Assembly (NCBI GenBank): GCA_963779755.1
Contig: CAVZZO010000001.1
Span: 1,408,001 to 1,472,000 of the forward strand
DNA length: 64,000 nucleotides
Direction of reading: 5' to 3'
Source: an uncultured Gemmatimonadales bacterium
GTDB taxonomy: Bacteria; Gemmatimonadota; Gemmatimonadetes; Gemmatimonadales; GWC2-71-9
The position numbers and the translations under genes are program-made. Positions 58,308 to 64,000 of this stretch are shown here, in pieces; within the stretch, counting starts at the first letter, position 1, and each line of letters opens with the position of its first letter. The notes beneath the pieces are model-generated. The model saw only the letters and a list, made by a program, of their open reading frames with translations. It searched no databases and had not been told where the DNA came from.

Positions 58308-59459
58308 TCATCGCAGGGCCTGTTCCAGGTCCGCGATGATGTCCTCCACGTTCTCCACCCCGCAGGAGAGCCGGACGAAGCCGTCGGGGAAGCCCAGGGC
58401 GGCGCGCTGCTCGGGCGACAGGTGCCGGTGCGAGGTCAGGCGCGGCTCGGAGATCAGGCTCTCGACGCCGGCCAGGCTTGGTGCGTGTACCACCAGCTTG
58501 AGCCGCCGGAGGAACCGCTCAGCCGCCGGCGCCCCCCCGGTCACCTGGAGCCCCACCATGCCGCCGAAGCCCTGCAGCAGCTGCCGGGCGATGGCGTGGT
58601 CGGGATGGGTCGACAGGCCGGGGTAGTGCACCATGGCGATGGCCGGGTGGCCCGCGGCCCACTCGGCCACCGCCTGTCCATTGGCCGAGTGCCGCGCCAT
58701 CCGGAGCTCCAGGGTGCGCAGCCCGCGGTCGATCAGCCAGGCGCTGTGCGGATCGAGGGTCTGTCCCCAGAGCCGCATGAGGCGGACGACTTCGTCCACC
58801 ACCGCCGAGGTGCCCGCCACCGCCCCGGCGATCACATCGCTGTGGCCGTTGAGGTACTTGGTGGCACTGGTGATCACCACGTCCGCCCCCTGTTCCAGCG
58901 GGCGCAGGTGCACCGGACTGGCGAAGGTGGAGTCGACCAGGAGCGCGACACCCGCCTCGCGGGCCAGTTGGGCGAGATGGGGGAGATCCAGGACCCGGTT
59001 GAGCGGATTGGTAGGCGTTTCCACGAAGATGGCGCGAGTGGATTTGCGCATCATGCGCCGCCACTGCCGGGGCTGCTGCGGATCGGCGTAGCTGATTTCG
59101 ATGCCGAGCCGTCCCAGCTCCTCGTCGAAGAGCCGCCGGGTGCCGCCGTAGATCCAGGCGCTGGCGACCAGATGGTCGCCGGGCCGGAGCACCGCCAGGT
59201 GCGCCAGGGCGGTGGCCGCCATGCCGCTGCTCAGGAAGACGGCCGCCTCGGCGCCCTCCAGCAGCGCGTATTTCCGGGCGATCTCCACCTGGTTGGGGTT
59301 GTTGCCGTAGCGGGTGTAGAGCACCTCCTCGTCCGAACCGACCGGGTTGGTGAAGGTGCTGCTCTGAACCAGGGGAGGCACCACCGGCGTCCAGTCGGGC
59401 CGGGTGTGGAGCGGGCCGTGGATGGCGACGGTGGAAAGGCCGGGGCGGCGTTCCGTCAT
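58308..59459 (-). CDS. Cys/Met metabolism PLP-dependent enzyme (cystathionine gamma-synthase/lyase family)
   Basis: YTRYGNNPN, SSGMAA, ETPTNP, DSTFAS, SATKYLNGHSD, RLSCGVE. Confidence 0.9.
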   Translation of the reverse strand: MTERRPGLSTVAIHGPLHTRPDWTPVVPPLVQSSTFTNPVGSDEEVLYTRYGNNPNQVEIARKYALLEGAEAAVFLSSGMAATALAHLAVLRPGDHLVASAWIYGGTRRLFDEELGRLGIEISYADPQQPRQWRRMMRKSTRAIFVETPTNPLNRVLDLPHLAQLAREAGVALLVDSTFASPVHLRPLEQGADVVITSATKYLNGHSDVIAGAVAGTSAVVDEVVRLMRLWGQTLDPHSAWLIDRGLRTLELRMARHSANGQAVAEWAAGHPAIAMVHYPGLSTHPDHAIARQLLQGFGGMVGLQVTGGAPAAERFLRRLKLVVHAPSLAGVESLISEPRLTSHRHLSPEQRAALGFPDGFVRLSCGVENVEDIIADLEQALR

Positions 59460-59995
59460 TGCAGCGGGAGCGGCAGGTAGGCGCCCTCGCGCGCCTGGAC
59501 CAGCCGGTGCAGCACCAGCGCCTGCAGGGCGTCGGCGGCTCGGCCGCCGGGCCACTCGAGGCTGCGGGCCAGGCCGGCGGCATCGGTCGGGCCGCCGCAG
59601 TAGATCAGATCGAAGACCCGCCGGGCGTCGGCCGACACATCGCCCAGCAGGAGCGGCGGGCCGCTCTCGCGCACGGCGGCGACCACCAGGCCGTGACGCA
59701 TGAGGACGTGGTCGATGGCTTCGATGTGGTCGTCGGAGAGGCCCGTCAGCTGCACGTACTGCTCGCCACGGTAGGTGCCGTTGAGCAGGAGCTTGGCGAC
59801 GACTTCGTCGGCGCAGCTGAAATCCAGGAGCCCCACGGAGGAGAAATCGAGGCGGGCGCAGATACAGCTGGCGCGGCGCATGGCCTCTTCCACGCCATTG
59901 CGCACGGCGATACCCGTGGAACGTGTGACCAGGTCCCGGTAGGGAGTGGCAACCGCTCCCTGGAGGATCCGGTCGAGCCGGATGGTCTCGATCAT
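59456..59995 (-). CDS. STAS-like domain protein with probable C-terminal winged helix
   Basis: LVTRSTGIAVR...LDFSSVGLLDFSCADEVVAKL; C-terminal AAGLARSLEW..ALQALVLHRLV. Confidence 0.65.
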   Translation of the reverse strand: MIETIRLDRILQGAVATPYRDLVTRSTGIAVRNGVEEAMRRASCICARLDFSSVGLLDFSCADEVVAKLLLNGTYRGEQYVQLTGLSDDHIEAIDHVLMRHGLVVAAVRESGPPLLLGDVSADARRVFDLIYCGGPTDAAGLARSLEWPGGRAADALQALVLHRLVQAREGAYLPLPLQ

Positions 59996-60900
59996 CGACT
60001 GGCGTTGTCCTGTGCGGGGATGACGACTTGCACCTGCGCCCCCGGAAAATACGGCAGATGCTCGCTCAGGGGAACATCGTCATCCCAGCTCGGTACAATC
60101 GCGAGGCGCGCGGTGCCGCTGCGAATGGAGATCTTGCCGTTCCAGCGGGCCAGATAGCGCTTGATCCCGGCGAGCCCGTGTCCACGACCCGGGTCGCGGA
60201 AGCGGCTCACCCCCTGGATCAGTGCCGATTCGAGCGCCGCGCCGTCGTCCCAGCGATCGCCATAGCGCTTGGCCTGGACGGCCTCCAGCGAGCGGCGGAA
60301 GCCGATCCCGCCGTCGCTCACCGCGATGACGACCACGCGGCGGCCGCCCAAGCGGCGGCGGAAGGTGTAGGCGTGTACCGCGACCCAGCCGCCGGTTCCG
60401 GCATGCTCCACAATATTCTGGCACGCCTCGGAAAGCGCCATAGCGAATCCCATAGTGGCCTTGGGCTCGAGGCCCAGCTCGCCGGAAAGGATCCGTGCGG
60501 CTCCCTCCTGGATCTTGCCCACCACGTGGTGCACATCCTCGGCCGCCCGGACCGGCGTGACATCCAGCAGCACGTCCGACTGCTCGTCGGGCTGCACCCG
60601 GGGCACCTTGCCGTGGATCTCGCAGAGCTCCACCGCATAGCGGAAGAAGCCGACCCGCGCCCAGTAGCGCCGCACATCCTCGTTCCCCGGGACGGTGAAG
60701 AGCGGCTTCTGGCCGCGGTGTTCACCCAGAAACTGGGCGGCGGTAAGCATCCCCACCAGCCCGTAGGGCGAGGCCCACTGCGCCCGGTGCGCGTCGATCA
60801 GCACCGGTTCCTCGGCCTCCAGCGCGGCGGCATAGGACTGCGCGAACTGATCGAAGCTCCGGTCGTCGAAGCTGGCGGGAACCTCCACCACGCGCGTCAC
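59992..60900 (-). CDS. HATPase (RsbW/SpoIIAB-like) protein with N-terminal STAS-like region
   Basis: N-box SEACQNIVEHA, G1 SDGGIG, GRGHGL; no His phospho-acceptor box; N-terminal IDAHRAQWASPYGL. Confidence 0.75.
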   Translation of the reverse strand: MTRVVEVPASFDDRSFDQFAQSYAAALEAEEPVLIDAHRAQWASPYGLVGMLTAAQFLGEHRGQKPLFTVPGNEDVRRYWARVGFFRYAVELCEIHGKVPRVQPDEQSDVLLDVTPVRAAEDVHHVVGKIQEGAARILSGELGLEPKATMGFAMALSEACQNIVEHAGTGGWVAVHAYTFRRRLGGRRVVVIAVSDGGIGFRRSLEAVQAKRYGDRWDDGAALESALIQGVSRFRDPGRGHGLAGIKRYLARWNGKISIRSGTARLAIVPSWDDDVPLSEHLPYFPGAQVQVVIPAQDNASR

Positions 60901-61862
60901 GGCGTCACCAGCTCGCCGCGGAGATGCCGGGGCAGCCCGGTGGCGCCGCGGTAGGCCGCGTTCCTCGCGGCCAGGCGGTTGGCGGCACCCAGCGCCTCCT
61001 CCACCCCCTCGCCCGCCAGCAGGCGCGCAAACAGGGTGGCGCCGAAGACGTCGCCGCAGCCGGTCGGGTCGACCGCCTCGGCGGGCGGGCCCTGCACCCG
61101 GGCGGTGCGGGCGGCCGCGCCGGCGCCCGCCGTAAGCCGGGGCCTCCGGCCGCCGCCCGGCAGGCGCTCGAACCCGGGCGCGGCGACGTACACCGCGCCG
61201 CGGGCGCCCAGGGTGACCGCCAGCAGCGCCACCCCGGCGCTCAGCGCCTGGGCGGAGAGAGCGAGGGGATCGGGGGAAAGCTGGCGCATCTCGTCCTCGT
61301 TGATCTGGACCAGGTCGAAGCAGGCAAGCCAGTCGGTGGCGTCGGGAAGGGGTTGCAGCCTCCGGACGCCGTCTCCCTGCATGCCGAGCAGCAGGCTGTG
61401 CAGATCGGCATAGATGGCGCCGCCGAATCCCTGGCGCAGCGCCTGGGCGGTTCCCAGGCAGCATTCGAAGCCGGAAATGAAGTTGATGTACACCGCATCC
61501 AGGTCGCGGACCATGGGTCCGAGCTCGGCCCAGTTCCAGGCGGGAACGCCGCCGGCCATCCGTTCGCAGCGGCGCTCGCGGTTTTCATAGCGCAGGGTCA
61601 CCCGGTTGTTCGGAACCGGCACCTCGATGAACCGGCTGCCCGGTTCGGCCCGGCGCAGGGAGCCCAGAAATCCGCGGGCCTGGGCCGCCATGTCGCGGCC
61701 CACCTTGATGAGCGGTACCAGGGTCCAGTCGGGCGCGAGCGCCGCGTCGAACCCCGCCAGGGCGTAGGCGATGCCGCCCCATTCCTCGACAGGCGGCGCC
61801 GCGGGATCGCGGCCATAGATCAGGTCCCAGACCATCGACCCGATGACGCCGACCCTAGGCAT
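60897..61862 (-). CDS. PfkB family carbohydrate kinase
   Basis: WGG, QINEDE, VTLGARG, DPTGCGDVF. Confidence 0.85.
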   Translation of the reverse strand: MPRVGVIGSMVWDLIYGRDPAAPPVEEWGGIAYALAGFDAALAPDWTLVPLIKVGRDMAAQARGFLGSLRRAEPGSRFIEVPVPNNRVTLRYENRERRCERMAGGVPAWNWAELGPMVRDLDAVYINFISGFECCLGTAQALRQGFGGAIYADLHSLLLGMQGDGVRRLQPLPDATDWLACFDLVQINEDEMRQLSPDPLALSAQALSAGVALLAVTLGARGAVYVAAPGFERLPGGGRRPRLTAGAGAAARTARVQGPPAEAVDPTGCGDVFGATLFARLLAGEGVEEALGAANRLAARNAAYRGATGLPRHLRGELVTP

Positions 61863-62865
61863 GCGGCTCCGGGTGATCCTCGTGGCGGGAGGCGGGATGG
61901 CTGCTCTGCTCGATGAACGACCGCGCGGCTCCGACGACGCCCGCCGTGCCCCGGAGCGCGCCGGGCACGATGCGGCAGACATCCACCGCCGGCTTGAAGG
62001 CGCGCCGCGCCACCTCGCGCCGGAGCGGAATGAAGAGCTTGTCTCCCGCATCGGTGACTCCCCCACACACCACGACCACCTCGGGATTCAGCACATTCAC
62101 CAGGCTGGCCACCCCCGCCCCCAGGAACCTGGCCGTGTCGCTCACCACCTCCTGGGCGAGAGTATCGCCGGCGTGGGCGGCGTCGTACACCGTCTGTGCA
62201 GTGACCTTGCGGAGGTTGCCCCCGACCTGTGCCGGGATACTCGACTCCTCGCCGGTCTCGATCCGCTCCACTGCCCGCTGGGCGATGGCGGGCCCCGAGG
62301 CGTAGGCCTCGAGACAGCCGTCGTTGCCGCACTTGCAGCGCCGGCCGTTGATCTCCACGGTGCAGTGGCCGATCTCGCCCGCCACATCCGAGGCGCCGTG
62401 GAAGAGGCGGCCATGGAGGATCAGCCCGCCCCCGATGCCGGTGCCGATGGTAAGGCCCACCGCCGTCCGGCTGCCCCGCGCCGCGCCCAGCCACCACTCG
62501 CCCAGCACGGCACAGTTGGCGTCGTTATCGAGCGAGGCCGGCAGCTCGAGTGCCTCGCTCAGCCGGTCGCGGAGCGGCATGTTGATCCAGCCCAGATTCG
62601 GCGTCAGCAGCACCACGCCGCTCCGGGTGTCGAGCGGCCCGGGCGAGCCGATCCCCACCCCCAGGATCTTCCCGTCAGGATCGGCCTGCCGGCACTCCGC
62701 CACGGTGTCGCGTGCCATGACCGCCAGGCGGCTGATGATGCTGTCGGGGCCGTCCTCCGGCCGGGTCGGCTCGCTCCGCAGGCCATGCACCGCCGAGCCG
62801 TCCTCCGCGACGCAGCCAAGCACCAGATTGGTCCCGCCGATGTCGATGCCGACGATGTAGTTCAC
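61855..62865 (-). CDS. ROK family sugar kinase (glucokinase-like)
   Basis: GIDIGGT, DNDANC, GTGIGGG, EIGH, CKCGNDGCLE. Confidence 0.92.
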   Translation of the reverse strand: MNYIVGIDIGGTNLVLGCVAEDGSAVHGLRSEPTRPEDGPDSIISRLAVMARDTVAECRQADPDGKILGVGIGSPGPLDTRSGVVLLTPNLGWINMPLRDRLSEALELPASLDNDANCAVLGEWWLGAARGSRTAVGLTIGTGIGGGLILHGRLFHGASDVAGEIGHCTVEINGRRCKCGNDGCLEAYASGPAIAQRAVERIETGEESSIPAQVGGNLRKVTAQTVYDAAHAGDTLAQEVVSDTARFLGAGVASLVNVLNPEVVVVCGGVTDAGDKLFIPLRREVARRAFKPAVDVCRIVPGALRGTAGVVGAARSFIEQSSHPASRHEDHPEPHA

Positions 62866-62967
62866 TGCGTGTCCGGACGTTGGGCCCCCGGAAGGGCGGT
62901 ACAGGGATAACGGCGGCAGCTGCCCACGCTGGTTTCAGTCCTGAGGCGTCTCCCGGTCGCGGCCCCG

Positions 62968-62988
62968 CTCAGTCCCCAGTCTTCAGTC
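62968..62988 (-). repeat. heptamer array (CTCAGTC, CCCAGTC, TTCAGTC on + strand) supplying the waaF stop
   Basis: Read directly. Confidence 0.75.
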
Positions 62989-63970
62989 CTCGTATCGCTT
63001 CCAGCACCATCTCCACAGAGATCTCCGTCATGCAGCGGTGATGTCCCAGCGGACAGCGCTGCGGCCCGTGCTTCGAGCAGGGGCGGCAGGCCAGTCCCGG
63101 ATGTTCCACCACCCTGTCACGCAGCCCGCGAGGGCCGAAGCCGAAGGCAGGCACCGTGGGGCCGAACACCGCCACGATGGGCGTGCCGGTAGCGGTGGCG
63201 AGATGCAGGGGTGCCGAGTCGTTGGTCACCAGCACGGCGGCCGATTCCAGCAGTGCGGCGGAGACCCGCAGGGGGAGTTGGCCTGCCGCATTGTGGGCCC
63301 GCCCGGGGCCTGCCGCCCGCACCAGCGACTCGGCGAGATCCCGGTCCTCGGGGCCGCCGATGACTACTACCGGCTTCTCCAGCCGCGCCGCCAGCTCTCC
63401 ATAATAGGGCCACCGCTTGGTGGCCCAGATGGAGCCGGGGGCCAGGGCGATGAACCCGGAGCCGAGTCCTCGCGCCTCCAGCCATTGGGCCGCTGCCCGG
63501 CGGTCCTCTTCGGTCAGGCCCAGTGAAACCGGCGGGACCGGCTCGGCCCGTTCCGGTGCCAGCCGCAGCAGCCGTTCGACCTCGTGGCCGGTTCGGGGCC
63601 GCGGCACCCGGCGGGTGTACAGCAGCGACGCGCCGTCGCCGAAGCCCAGCCGCTCCGGAATGCCGGCGAGCCGGGCCAGGGCCGCGGTCCGCCAGGAGCG
63701 GTGGGGCAGCACCGCCCGCGCATATCCCTGCCGCCGCAGCGACCGGGCCAACCGGAATAATCCGGGCCATCCCCGATCGGCGCCACGCTTGTCGTAGCGG
63801 ATCACCCGGCGCACCGCGGGATGGCTTTCCAGTAGCGGCGCCGCGGCGGGCGTGGTCACGACGTCCACCGTCCCGTACGTACCGGCCAGCGCGGTGAGGA
63901 GCGGGGTGGTCAGGACCACGTCCCCCAGGAAGGCGGTCTGGATGACCAGGGTGCCCCCGCCTTCCTGCAT
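62969..63970 (-). CDS. waaF: lipopolysaccharide heptosyltransferase II (GT9)
   Basis: AFLGDVVL, APGSIWATKRWP, TNDSAPLHLA, FGPT, CRPC..CPLGHHRCM. Confidence 0.88.
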   Translation of the reverse strand: MQEGGGTLVIQTAFLGDVVLTTPLLTALAGTYGTVDVVTTPAAAPLLESHPAVRRVIRYDKRGADRGWPGLFRLARSLRRQGYARAVLPHRSWRTAALARLAGIPERLGFGDGASLLYTRRVPRPRTGHEVERLLRLAPERAEPVPPVSLGLTEEDRRAAAQWLEARGLGSGFIALAPGSIWATKRWPYYGELAARLEKPVVVIGGPEDRDLAESLVRAAGPGRAHNAAGQLPLRVSAALLESAAVLVTNDSAPLHLATATGTPIVAVFGPTVPAFGFGPRGLRDRVVEHPGLACRPCSKHGPQRCPLGHHRCMTEISVEMVLEAIRGLKTGD

Positions 63971-63979
63971 CCCATCCGG

Positions 63980-64000
63980 TGAGCGGTAAGCGGTAAGCGG
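63980..64000 (+). repeat. heptamer array TGAGCGG TAAGCGG TAAGCGG (truncated by window end)
   Basis: Read directly. Confidence 0.8.

Overview
A very GC-rich, gene-dense bacterial chromosomal segment. Gene content and order resemble Gemmatimonadota, which is an inference only. From left to right it holds: the end of a surface-polysaccharide cluster (methyltransferase fragment, epimerase, three GT4 glycosyltransferases, Wzx flippase, sulfotransferase); tRNA-Asn(GTT); a membrane-anchored sulfatase-fold protein; and a stand-alone ArsA/Get3 ATPase. Next is a complete aroF-trpE-G-D-CF-B-A operon, preceded by an unannotated 27-aa Trp-rich leader peptide and a full attenuator. An SDR-HPP-CDF-sulfotransferase-MscS operon lies divergent from tetR and an S41 peptidase. 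A solute-binding-like lipoprotein / histidine kinase / sigma54 activator / TPR-lipoprotein module follows, with recognisable enhancer boxes and a -24/-12 promoter. Further on are an NSS transporter with an unannotated 45-aa partner, DNA-repair genes (fpg-like, alkA, uvrA, nfo), FHA-PP2C, an HD hydrolase, pckA, maeB, a diguanylate cyclase and ftsEX-envC. The window ends with an operon waaF-ROK-PfkB-(STAS+HATPase)-(STAS+wHTH)-transsulfuration enzyme. No integrase, transposase, prophage or CRISPR array was seen. About a dozen short 7-11 bp tandem-repeat arrays sit on gene boundaries; they often supply stop codons or form inverted pairs. The best candidates for undescribed systems are the sigma54 module, the STAS/HATPase partner-switch pair and the boundary repeat arrays. 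All calls come from motif recognition by eye; no searches were run.
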